Part shown: positions 50,721-61,963 of the stretch, piece by piece
Numbering within the stretch: position 1 is the first letter of the stretch
Layout: each line of letters opens with the position of its first letter
Assembly: GCA_023920165.1 (NCBI GenBank)
Contig: CP089274.1
Span: 1,488,001 to 1,552,000, forward strand
DNA from: Curvularia clavata
Lineage: Eukaryota
Reading direction: 5' to 3'
DNA: 64,000 nucleotides
Position numbers and translations under genes: made by a program
The notes under the pieces: model-generated
What the model was told of the DNA's origin: nothing
The model's input: the letters and a program-made list of their open reading frames with translations, nothing else
Database searches by the model: none

Positions 50721-51941
50721 ATGACTGGCACTATTGCACTTTGCTCGGACCACCATTTTAACTTCGAAGTCCTCCGCGTCCTTTCAGCTGCACGTTACGG
50801 CGGTGCGGATGTGAGTGAGGTGCTCAAAGCCGCGGCATTGCTAAAACCCGGCGATTTTGAATCCTATTACGATGTCTTCAACAAGCTCGCACTTCATATA
50901 AATAAGCAGGCCGACGCGATCAATGCTGACAAGCACCCTGTCTCAGCCCGCGACGCTTACTTTCGTGCGGCCACTTATTTCCGCTCTGCCGAGTTCTTTC
51001 TTCATGGCCATCCTGACGATTCACGCATTCGCTCCCTCTGGGACCAGCAGATGACAAGCTTTGATAAAGCTATAGCGCTTCTGCCCCAACCAGGTCAGCG
51101 TTTCCTGCTCAAAGGAGATGGATTTGACATCCCTGCCATCTTCTACCCTGCAACGTCAGGAGATACGGCCACACCGAAGCCCACTTTGATTGTTGGTAGC
51201 GGCTTTGATGGCTCTCAAGAGGAGCTGCTGCATGGTTTCGGCTTCGCAGCTCTCGAACGTGGGTACAATTTTATGACTTACGAAGGACCAGGCCAGCCAA
51301 CGGTGCGCCAACAACAGGGTTTGGGTTTTATCCACAATTGGGAGAAAGTCGTATCACCTGTGGTGGACCACCTCGTTGAGCGACCCGAAGTCGACTCCAA
51401 ACGTCTCGCCCTAGTTGGCTGGTCACTGGGTGGCTATCTTTGCGTCCGGGCTGCAGCGTTCGAGCCTCGCATAGCCGCCACTGTCGCCGTTGATGGCGTC
51501 TTTGATGGATCTTCAGCTTTCTCTGGGCTCTTACCATCTGATGCAAAGGCTGCCTATGAAACGGGAGACGCAGGTCAGTTCAACGGTATCATGGAAAAGT
51601 TCCTTGCAAGTGGTGAGGCGCCGACAGCAGCGCGATGGGCGGTCGAGCATGGTACCTACAGCTTTGCTGTCAACAGTTTCGCGGAATTCATGGAAAGAGT
51701 AAAGCTGATGACATTAGCGGGGATCGCAGACAAAGTCAAGAACCCCGTCTTGATTTGCGAAGCATCAGACGACATGTTTTTCCCCGGTCAGCCTGCAATG
51801 GTTAAGGACGCCTTAGGGGACTTAGGGACGCATGTCATTCTCACAGACGAAGATGCTGCAAGTGCGCACTGTCATCTTGGAGCTTTCACTTTCGCTAACC
51901 AGATTGTGTTCGACTGGCTGGATGATACTCTATTGAAATAG
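50721..51941 (+). CDS. Alpha/beta hydrolase, 2,6-dihydroxypseudooxynicotine hydrolase/PsoB-like
   Basis: Intronless 406 aa. RDAYFRAATYFRSAEFF, GFDGSQEE, YEGPGQ, nucleophile GWSLGG, acid DDMFFPGQ, catalytic His in HCHLG. Confidence 0.9.
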   Translation: MTGTIALCSDHHFNFEVLRVLSAARYGGADVSEVLKAAALLKPGDFESYYDVFNKLALHINKQADAINADKHPVSARDAYFRAATYFRSAEFFLHGHPDDSRIRSLWDQQMTSFDKAIALLPQPGQRFLLKGDGFDIPAIFYPATSGDTATPKPTLIVGSGFDGSQEELLHGFGFAALERGYNFMTYEGPGQPTVRQQQGLGFIHNWEKVVSPVVDHLVERPEVDSKRLALVGWSLGGYLCVRAAAFEPRIAATVAVDGVFDGSSAFSGLLPSDAKAAYETGDAGQFNGIMEKFLASGEAPTAARWAVEHGTYSFAVNSFAEFMERVKLMTLAGIADKVKNPVLICEASDDMFFPGQPAMVKDALGDLGTHVILTDEDAASAHCHLGAFTFANQIVFDWLDDTLLK

Positions 51942-52391
51942 CGGGTACAGTGGAATTGTGTATGGATAGTATACGGAACGCCATTCTCAGTCATATCTAT
52001 TTATGTGTCTAACCAATAAAGCATAAAAACTCTCCGCACAACGAAAACTTCGTCTATTATCGCCATGAAATTGTTTTCACTTCTCGAGCCGTGACAATTT
52101 TGATCTGTTTTTTCTGCTAACTTGGTCAATGAGACCCCTATTATATGTAGCTAAGAAAAACACTCCTCAGCAAATTTGGCCTCTGCTGATTTACATAGAT
52201 TGGGTGTACTTAAATAACTGCGAGGCATCTCTGACCACTTGGATTGCTAAGAGAGAAATTTGTGGAAGAAAAGGAGTGACGTTTGGCTACTCTCATCTGC
52301 CCGAAACGGGCATAGACCCGCGCGTGCGTTTGGAGGTGATATATATACATCGCCGTCCCTGGCCATACCAACGCCCAACACACAACCCACT

Positions 52392-54527
52392 ATGGCAGTA
52401 AGAACGGTCTTGTGCGTTGCGGAAAAGCCATCAATCGCAAAAGCAATTGCTAATCACTTGGGAGGTCAAGTGACTACCCACAACATCCAAGGCAATCCAT
52501 ACGTAAAGAACTACAAATTTAGCTACACCTTTCCGCAGTGGGGTCATTGTAGCGTCACGATGACCTCTGTACTAGGTCACCTCCTCAGCTACGAATTTGA
52601 TCCCCGATACAAGAGCTGGACTTCATGCGACCCATGCGCGCTTTTCGACGCTCGCATCGAGGTTTTCGTTGCTAGCAATGGAAAGCCTGTCGCGGACAAC
52701 ATCAAGCAACAAGCTCGCCAGGCCGACCTGCTCTATATTTGGACCGACTGCGATCGGGAAGGTGAGCACATAGGCACCGAGATTCGATCAGTGGCAAAGC
52801 AAAGCAACCAGACTCTAGGCTGCGCTGGCGGCACAATAAGGGCACGCTTCTCCAATATCGAGAGAGCACATATCATTCATGCTGCACAGCATCCCACGGA
52901 TCTCGACGAGGCACAAGCCAATGCTGTAGCTTCTCGTATCGAACTCGATCTTCGTGTGGGTGCCAGCCTTACCCGCCACCTCACTCTGACGCTTCGCCCG
53001 ATACTCCACCGAGAAAACCTTTCAGAATCTTCTCCATTAATCAGTTACGGAAGCTGTCAGTTTCCTACACTTGGGTTCATCGTCGAGCGCTACTTGCGCG
53101 TTCGAAATTTTATCCCAGAGACATTCTGGGTCATCAAACTGCTGTATCAAAAAGCTGGAATAAAAGTGAACTTTAGTTGGGCCCGTAAACACCTCTTTGA
53201 CAGAATGACAGCGATTGTTCTCTATGAGTGGTGTCTCAATTCACAGACTGCGCAAGTCCAAAAGGTCAAAACCAAGCCAACGAGCAAGTGGAGACCCCTA
53301 CCTTTGACTACTCTGGAACTCCAAAAATGCGGCAGTAGATTTCTTGGAATGAACAGTCAAAAGATTCTACAGCTCGCTGAAAAGCTATATCAAAAAGGTT
53401 GGATTAGCTACCCTCGAACCGAGACAGATCAGTTCAATCAGGATATAGACCTTCTTAGCCTCGTCTAGAAGCAGGCCCGGGGTGGCTGTTGGGCTGATTA
53501 TGCAATGGCGCTGGTTCAAGGAGGCTTTTCGTGGCCTCGTAATGGACATAATAATGATAAGGCCCACCCGCCTATTCATCCGGTTAATTTTGTCAATCCA
53601 ACTAATCTCCCACATGATGAGCAACTTGTCCATGAATTCGTCGTCCGACGCTTCCTAGCATGCTGCAGCAAAGACGCCCATGGATCAAAGACTGACATTA
53701 GCATCCGCTATGGACCGGAAACATTTAACACATCTGGCCTTGTAGTATTAGAGCATAACTATCTGGACGTCTATGTTTATGATCGATGGGGCAGCCAGGA
53801 GCTTCCACCATTCCTCGAAGGCGAGGTCTTCGAGCCGACCGAAGCTATTCTCAGCGAAGGTAAGACATCACCACCGGAGTATCTAACTGAACCGGACTTG
53901 CTTTCACGGATGGACGCGAATGGCATTGGCACCGACGCAACAATGGCCGACCATATTGCCACAATTATAGACCGACAATATGTCGAGGCTAGAGCTCAGC
54001 GAAGACAAGCCCGGCAAGGAAACGATGAAGAAGGTTCTGACGAGTTGCCAACGCAAGCGAGATTTAGCAATAGCTGTCAAGGAAGAAATGAAATACCCTG
54101 TCGTAGTGCCGGCAGCAACAGCGGGGCCGGCCGTGGCCACAGTGGCGCTGCAACAGGTATTCGGGAGTTCATACCCACAACGCTAGGGGTCGCTTTGGTT
54201 GAATGCCATGATAATATGGGGTTTGAGACCAATCTGACGAAGCCTTTTTTGCGCAAGGAGGTAAGAAATCAACACTGATTAATCTCCATCACGAACTGCT
54301 GCTGACAGGTGTAGATGGAGCTGAAGATGAAAGCCATATGCAACGGGCAGATAACAAAGGCTCAGGTCGTGAACGAAACCATTGAGCAGTATCGAGAGGT
54401 CTATACTCGCATGAAGCAACATCCGGAAGTTCTTCGTACGGTGAGAACTGAGTCTCGGGGTTTACTTAATTCTCCGCTAATGCGATTGCAGGCTGTTCGG
54501 AAGTATGTTTTTGGCGACGTGAACTGA
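52392..54527 (+). pseudogene. TOP3: DNA topoisomerase III (type IA) interrupted by one in-frame TAG at 53466-53468
   Basis: LCVAEKPSIAK, IWTDCDREGE, SYGSCQFPTLGF, catalytic GWISYPRTET, KAHPPIHP and GIGTDAT lie in one frame across the stop (LSLV*KQAR). Introns 54261-54314 and 54441-54491. Confidence 0.85.
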
Positions 54528-54781
54528 GGATTGTCTACCTGTCACCGCGAATCTTGACCTATGATTCTGTTATGGCTACAACGGAACTCTGGGGGAAACT
54601 CAATCATTGATTTCGAACTCATCATGTCACGGTTGTCCTTGGCAAGACCGCGGGCTATCGAGAAATGCTTCGGTGAGGCTTAAGAGCGCCGGATTTCAGG
54701 GAAGCACTGTAGATAACGACCGAGACTTCTCTAACTAAATATCATTGTTGAGCCCTGCTATCATCAAAATCTTCTTACCGC

Positions 54782-54884
54782 CTTCTACTCGTAGCGTCAG
54801 GCGATACGGCGACACCGAAAGCCTACGATTGTTGGTAGCGGCTTTAATGGCTCTCAAATCAAGCTTCTGCAAGGCTTTAGCTTC
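54782..54884 (+). pseudogene. Decayed duplicate fragment of the neighbouring hydrolase gene
   Basis: Aligns by eye to 51140-51245 (shared GATTGTTGGTAGCGGCTTT and CGTCAGG.GATACGGC.ACACCGAA), with indels. Confidence 0.8.
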
Positions 54885-55608
54885 AATTTCATGTTGTTAA
54901 GGACAGTATCCTCTGCTGATTTTCTGGATTTCATCTTGGGAACTTAGGGATTGCGGGTCGTCAAAGAGGTGAATGCTAGAGCCCTTACTTCAATCCTCTT
55001 GACTTTAGAAGCATGCAAATCAGGCACAGCTACCAATCACCTACTGCAAGAGATTGGTAGATGGTCAGGTAAGGTACTATTCCGTGCGGGGACATGCAAC
55101 TCTTTGTACTGTATCGCCCAGGTAGTCGACTGGGCTTCGTCAAAAAGTTCTTGGATGCCTATTCTACATAAGGGTCGATGTAATAATACAAGTATGACTG
55201 AAATATGCAAAAGCCTCTCAGGTGGCTAATGGATATACAGGTCAACGAATAAAACATATTTACAGGCACAGAGTCTTACTAGTGTTGGCCATTCACCACC
55301 ACTTTGAGAAGAAGCATCTCACAGTAGCACAGCTAATATTGCCATAGCATCTTTCTGTCTTAACATCTAAATTCTGTGATAGTTCACATTCTCTATTGTC
55401 ATGGTGGTAGTGGAGGTGGACGTCGCACTTAGTAGAGCAAAATTCTGATACTTCTCCAAGCCGTCAAAATCTTTCTATACCCACATATCCGTCTGTAGTT
55501 CATGTTATTCCAAGCTCACAGACTTGAAGTTCTAAGAAGCCCGGCCATGACTCGTCAAGCGTAGAATGCACGTGATTGGTGCCGAAGTTCTCCACTCTAA
55601 AAACTGAG

Positions 55609-55623
55609 AAAAAAAATCAAAAA
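55609..55623 (-). terminator. RNA polymerase III oligo-T terminator of the 5S gene
   Basis: T5, GA, then T8 on the minus strand at the 5S 3' end. Confidence 0.8.
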
Positions 55624-55741
55624 CATACGACAGCGGGGATTCGCCGGTGGTCACCCACCCGACTACTAGTCCGCCGGTCTCGAGCTTAAGTATGATTGAT
55701 CGAACGGGGAATCCTGCTTTCTCGAGCCTATGGTCGTATGT
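55623..55741 (-). rRNA. Dispersed 5S rRNA gene
   Basis: Minus strand reads ACATACGACCATAGG...TTAAGC...CTAGTAGTCGGGTGGGTGACCACCGGCGAATCCCCGCTGTCGTATGT (119 nt). Its ends pair (ACATACGAC/GTCGTATGT) and T-runs follow. Confidence 0.95.
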
Positions 55742-55764
55742 GAAAGATATGCTTTCAAAATCTC

Positions 55765-55771
55765 TTTATGA
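55765..55771 (-). promoter_or_regulatory. TATA-like upstream element of the 5S gene (about -30 to -24)
   Basis: TCATAAA on the minus strand, at the position where dispersed filamentous-fungal 5S genes carry a TATA-like box. Confidence 0.55.
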
Positions 55772-56129
55772 ACTTAGACAAAAATGTATTCAGGCGGACG
55801 CAAGATCGAAATATGATTAATGAAGCATTTATCATACCATTTAGCCCTGAATGCGTAGAAGGAGTTGCCTCACATTTGTGCAGCAAAAGCGTGGAGCCCG
55901 GCGGTCAAAATACCACCGAAAAATAGCACATCTTGGCAGGATCACTTGCATAGGGTACTTGGTTCGTCACAATCCATGCTTTTTGATGTCATTTCTGACA
56001 TGAACTCTATATTTCATGGATTGTATACACATTATAAATTTCATATCTCCTTCGTCTTGTCACAACGTGACATAGCCATATTCCCAAACTTCATCTCCTC
56101 TAATCCTACTTCGTAAAGGATTAAAGAGC

Positions 56130-56545
56130 TTAGGCAGTGACTTCTATGATGTCAGTGGAGTTGCCGAGCTGCTCGGGGATAATGGGAATGGGATCATTTA
56201 GACGGATCCTGAAGTCGCCGGTGACAGTTTTGTTGTGATATGCAAGTTAGCATATAAAACCAGGAGGCAAAGAGATACAGTATCAGTAGTTTACCCGTCA
56301 ACAGTGTGGTACAGCCTGATGGAACGACCCTCAATCTCGGTGACTTGGAAGGACCAAGTACTGTCGAAGCAAGGTTACGACTTCAAAAGCTCGCAGTGAT
56401 CCACAGCGCAGGAAACACCGTTCTGGTTAGTCTGGAAACTGATCATGGGGTAGCCGTTGACGCTGTTGTAGTTGAAGTTGTAGATGGCGACTTGTAAAGA
56501 GGCGGTGGCAAGGCCGGCGAAAAGGGTGACAGCTGAGAACTTCAT
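56130..56545 (-). pseudogene. Small secreted Alt a 1 (AA1)-like protein pseudogene
   Basis: MKFSAVTLFAGLATA signal peptide; ...VSCAVDHCELLKS*PCFDSTWSFQV..IRLYHTVDG|KTVTGDFRI...EVTA*. In-frame TAA at 56377-56375; intron 56294-56233 has a GCTAAC branch but ends in CAA. TATAAA at 56668-56663. Confidence 0.75.
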
Positions 56546-58032
56546 GTTGATAGTTGGGTTGCTTTAAGTTGGCTGGGAGCAAAGGTGTTGGATTGAGTCG
56601 AAGTTAGATAATGAGAAGGTACTGGAGATGCGGGTGTACAGTGAGACTCTTTCCAGGCGTGGTTTATATTCTATCTAAGTATCCTCATATACGTCGATCC
56701 CTGACAAGATGGGTAGCCAAGTTTTTGCCTATTTAAGCTTCGGCACGGCAGATTTTGTGGTTCCAATAATTTTATACGAGGTGACATTTTGCAGTGCCTA
56801 CTGGGGCGGGGATTCAGGAAGCATATATGACACCAGAACCCACCGCCTTCCAGCTCAAGCCACCTCCACATGATTCACCAGCCATATTTCTATGTCAGGA
56901 ACAACATACCCAGAACATCCTTCTTGGTAGTCGAATAACACCCCTAGTAGCTTCGTTTACACAAGATGTAACTGCATCATGGGTTATGGTTATTTTGGAG
57001 CATACCTGCTGTCTCGTGAAAAGAGTGAATGGACCGTTTCTCCTTTCTCCTGTCTGAAAACAACAATAAAAGGTACCAACACTGCTTTTATAAGGACTAT
57101 ATTGCAGAGCGAGACGACTCCAATCTATCTTTTATGCTGAAACAAGCAAGAAACGTTTTGGTAGAATTTTCCACATGTGAATCAGATCCAGCAGATCATT
57201 GACACAGAAGTTCCCATGACGATGCATAGATGTCTATTCTGGCACCAAGTAAACTTAGAAACGTCAGAAATGTACCCGGTACTGTGCAGAACATGTAATG
57301 GAGTTCTGTGCGCATTTAAACTCGCTTTCTCCGTTTCGCTCAATAGTGCATGGACGAGCACCTGTACATCGTCAATTTATTTCTCCTGTAGTCATTGGTC
57401 CACAAAGATGAAGTTCCATGCATCAATTAAGGCAAATTTACCCACTCATAGCATTGACAGCGATGAATGCTCACACCACGTTCCCTAGAGGCGATGCTGA
57501 TGCTCCACCAATGCTTCCAGGACTGAACCTTCATGCCGTATTCGCAAGCGCTACCCAATTACTCTTCTTTGGCTGTATCTTCACTTTTCCCCGACGTGCA
57601 TTCGCGGGGACTAGCAGATCGCTTCGTTAGCCTTTTATTGCCTCCTTGAAGATTCAAAAACTCTCCTTTGTGTGGTCAAATAGTTCAGGAACACATGGCG
57701 TCAGCTTCTGCAACCTCTATAATCCCTGCGCTCCCTATTGAAGCGCTGAGGGCCTGTGATGGGTTGGACAGAGGTATCAAAAGCTATCGCAAAGAGCTGC
57801 ATACGAAGTACGTGATACTAATGTAGCCTATCTATGTCGCTGAAGTTGTGAATGCTGAGTGTGAAGAGGCCTGGTATATTTAAGACGAACTTACTCTCAT
57901 GTTGCTAGGTCGGTGGCTATGGTCATTGAAGTAAAAGATAAAATGATTTCGTTAATCGTGTCAACACAGCTATCCTCTCGCTCAAGATATCCTGATTTCG
58001 TTTAGTCGACTCTTTGAACTTGTATCACGATT

Positions 58033-59449
58033 TCACAACCATCCCACTCTTCTCCCAATGATACTCACGCCTCCGAGCGCAGCACTCACTCCAGTCCAAA
58101 TCACCAGACTACCATACTGCGTCCCATATAAGCCAACGCCCCCAACTTTCCCCGCCTTGATCAATGCCTCGCTTACTGGGCCACTGACTACGTTTCCGAC
58201 GCCTCGCCCTAGGGACAGGAACGAATATACCATTGGATTCTCCATTTGGCCTGTACTTCGCTGCACAGTCCTCATGATTCCCGGCCAGGTGTTTGTAAAG
58301 CTTCCTGCAAATAGCCCATACATGAAGCAAAATATAAGAAGAGGCGGCAGGGAAGTGCTAAAGCCCCAGATCAAGAAGATTGAGAACATGGCGCCGATAG
58401 TGGAAATGAGAATGGCGGTCGTGACGTGCACACGATCTACAATCGTGCCCATGGTGATGGAACCGATGACTGCGGCGACGTTGATAAGGATAATAGGTAG
58501 CGCAGACATAGTATCGTCGAAACCGAGGGCTTTGGTGTATGTCGGGAGGTAGATACTGGGCACGAAAAAGCCGAGACCTTGCATGACGTTGCCGAGCTGG
58601 AGGATCCAAAAAGGTTTGTTTGACAAGAATGTGAAAGTGATTCTTGCACTAGTAATTGCTGGAACAGGTATTCGCGGCTTCAGGAATAATGTCAAAGGGA
58701 GTGTGACTACGAAGAGTATGATCGTCCATGCGCGTAGTGCGGCCTGGTAGCCGTGCCGATTTAGGAGCCATTGTAGGAGCAATGGAACAACCACACCTCC
58801 CAGCCCTGTGCCTGCCCACATGATTCCAAAAGCAAGGCCTTTCTTTCTTACAAACCACTCATCGACAAAAGTTACGACGGGGCTGTATGCCAGTGCCCCA
58901 CCAATGCCGTAAAGGATACCTTGGGTGACGATAAGTTGCAATACGGTGCTACATATTGAACTCAACGCAAGTGAGGCACACATGAAAATTATTCCACATC
59001 TCATTATGGTTCGCTTGTATTGCGGCCATCGTATCAAACACGCAAAGGTCAGAGGTGAGGCCATATAAAGTATGCCCATCGCTGAGGTACCGATCACCGG
59101 GATGCCAGTGGCACCCGAGAATGGTCCAGACGTACTGTAGTAATCCTGGAAGATGCCGTATGACCATGGGAATCCTATATTGTTTTAGCAAGATGCCTCT
59201 TCCTTGCATACATAAAAGTGTAAAGAAGACACTGCTGCAAGCAGTCAAGACAGACTCACCCCATACCATAATTTCAATTACGAATGCTGCTCCCAAAAAT
59301 GACCAGGCTTCTTTTCCACCATCAGCTGGAGGTAGCAAGTGTTCGCTTTCAGGTTCTCCGTTCCATCTTGGGCCACTCTCAAACTCCAGCCGGAATGATT
59401 CATTCGCGGGTGCGGCTGCAACTTCAGTCACTGATTCAGATCTCTGCAT
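58033..59449 (-). CDS. MFS transporter, monocarboxylate (MCT/Mch) family
   Basis: Exons 59449-59260 and 59174-58033. LPPADGGKEAW, WG|FPWSYGIFQDYY, TQGILYGIGG, DEWFVRKKGLAFGIMWAGTGLGG, GNVMQGLGFFVPSIYLP. Confidence 0.92.
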
Positions 59450-60844
59450 TTTCAAGTTTTAGTGCCCAATCTATTCGAATCTCTAACACGAGAAGTGGTT
59501 GATGTTGAGACAAAGGCTTTCTTATACCTACCTGATAGGGTACTTATTACAAATCATACCAGCATTCTGGAAATAGCAGGTTTCTGTACTGAGACTCATC
59601 GAAATTGACAGCTGCGATATCTGCAGAGCGGACGATCAAATGACTAATTTCTGCATCAAAAACAGCAATTCGATCCATTGCTCAAAAGCGGGGTCGTGCT
59701 TACGGCACACATGTCATCATGAGGTATCGAAACGCGTTCATGCTCAAGATCTAGAACCAATCTCGGAACAAGCTATAAAAACGCCTAGCATACCTGAAGT
59801 GACGGAATATTGAACAATGATAAGAGAATTACTCAAGGTGAGGTACATGCCGTTTGCGCAGCTCTAGAAGATCGAACATTCACCCCCGTGCAAACTATGA
59901 TAGACCCTGTGATTGGTCACGAACGGTGGATGGGTTTGGAATATGGGTGGTGGTAGGTGTCACTAGTAGAGACTGATTATTCCAATGGTTATGCTTCTCG
60001 AACTCCTAAATCTGCTTAATGCTAATAGTAGCAACCCTGCTTTGCTCCCAGCCGTTGATTCGCAGCCATGGTGGACCCTTCCGTTGCCCTAGATGCCTCC
60101 CAAAATCAGAGACTTTTAATTTGATTTGTTGGAAACTCTTCCCTTGGACAAAGTACATCTTGAGATACCTCCTGCAGAATCTTAAATAGCTCGAACACAC
60201 CACTTTTGGGTCCACAAGCTTGAGTCTTGGTGGCATAAGCCAGCTTTTCACAGGTAGTATGCCAAGCCACTCAACATCATCTAGTACCCTAAAACCTGAG
60301 CTGCACCTGTATTCCGAATTTCTTTCTAGAAGCCAACCAACCAATAATTATTTGACATGGTACCTATGATTCCAGATTCAAAATGACATGGCACCGGGCT
60401 GATGACAAATCCGAATGTGGTACTTGCACGATACGAATGCAGCATCACAGAAGGTGTGATCGGCGTATGGCCCCAGGGCTTCGCTGAACGGTATAGGAGT
60501 GACATATCGAGGCAGGTCATCATCAATGCCCATCAAGATACCTGGCCGGAGTTTGTGTTTAGTCTCAATTCCATTGCACCTGGAGCAAAGAAAGCACTCT
60601 CCCAGGCAGCTGTTTCTGGGCTTGTACCAGTCATCATGTCAAGGATTTGTGAGCCATTCAGGCAGATATGGCAAACAATGCATACATGTTGAAGGATCAA
60701 TTAGCCGTATGGTAAAGATCAATTTGTGGGCGATTTTGTGGATGCGCTATGTGTATATCCAACACGAAGCGGATCCGCCCGTCTATATACCGAAGTGAAG
60801 AAGAATAAGAAGTGTGGCTTGGAAACATGAGAGTGTCCACGCTG

Positions 60845-61487
60845 CTAGAAGAAAACCACCGGATCAGCTTGCAATTGGCTGAGTCCGGGTAATGAATCAT
60901 GTATGACAGTACAGAAGATATCGTGTGACGCCGGAGGATCGTCCTGCTTGTCCGTCAAAGGCGTAAGCCGCACGTTGCGCACTTGGTTCTTAGCCTCAGG
61001 GCTTAGATGGCGTATAAAGTCCAAAACAGGCAGGTAGTTGAATGCATAGAAATGGAATTGGTTCTCGGAATACAGGACGGAGAGGCATTCATGATAGATG
61101 AGCCGGTTCGTTCGTAGAATGTCCAGAGTCAGATGCGGGTCGGGGTGGGGACGGCAAATCTTGTTCCATTTGCGGCTTATCGACCTTGAATCGCAGTCCG
61201 TGTACAGGATAAAGCGCTTGTTTGACGATGGTAAAACATATCTGAAAATCTCTCTTCGGATTTCGGATGGAATGCGGAGCAGTGGAGGAAAGTTGTCCAA
61301 AGGCGAGATGGTCTCTGGTATAGATAGTTGCTTTTCTACAGACTCTTTGGAAGGACGTGCCAAGCGCCGTAAGCGGATGTCGTCCATTGAGTGCGGTGTT
61401 GGTGCCGTCTGTACACCTGTTAGCACGGCTGGGGAATGTGTATCGGCGGCACGATCTGACCTTTTTGGCAGATGGCTTGGACGGCAT
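60845..61487 (-). CDS. F-box-like domain protein
   Basis: Exons 61487-61461 and 61408-60845. PLLRIPSEIRREIFRYVLP and ILRTNRLIYHECLSVLYSENQFHF motifs. Confidence 0.72.
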
Positions 61488-61963
61488 ATTCGAATTACTG
61501 ATGCTCACAAACAACCACTCGCACGAGCAGCAGAGATAAAAGCAGGAAATGATCTACTGGCAGGTTCAGATCGCATTCATAAATCGAAAAAGCGGTCACG
61601 AGGTCACGAGGGGCCGTTGATCATGTCACTATGGAACAGGGTAGCAATAATGCGTACACTGTAACGACGGTTCAACACGGCAGCGGAAGCTTTGGAGACA
61701 AGTGACGGCGTAGGCGTGGTACAATGCATGGAAGGGCAGTAGAAGGTTGGGGGTAAGGCAGTCGAAGGCCGGCCACGCACGGTCCGGCGGCCTTGGCAAA
61801 AAGAGACGTGCCCTGGAAAATTCATGGGACGCGTCTGCGGGGAACAACATATTAGGTGCGCATAGCTTGACCGTACCCCTCACATTATCTCGCCAGCTTT
61901 GTTCGACCTGCAAAGCTTCCTACGACCCTTTGCTCAGTTTCTGTGTTTCCAGTGTCCGTCAAC

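Noticed and set aside
53440..53468. TOP3 TAG as a possible intron acceptor
   Set aside because: No suitable donor or branch site, and splicing would remove conserved residues next to the active site.
57250..57530. Minus-strand ankyrin-like snippet (HRTPLHVLHSTGY) among stops
   Set aside because: A single weak motif that could be chance; needs tblastn or HMM support.
60006..60800. Short ORFs between the MFS and F-box-like genes, possible HET-domain relic
   Set aside because: No convincing HET motifs in any single frame.
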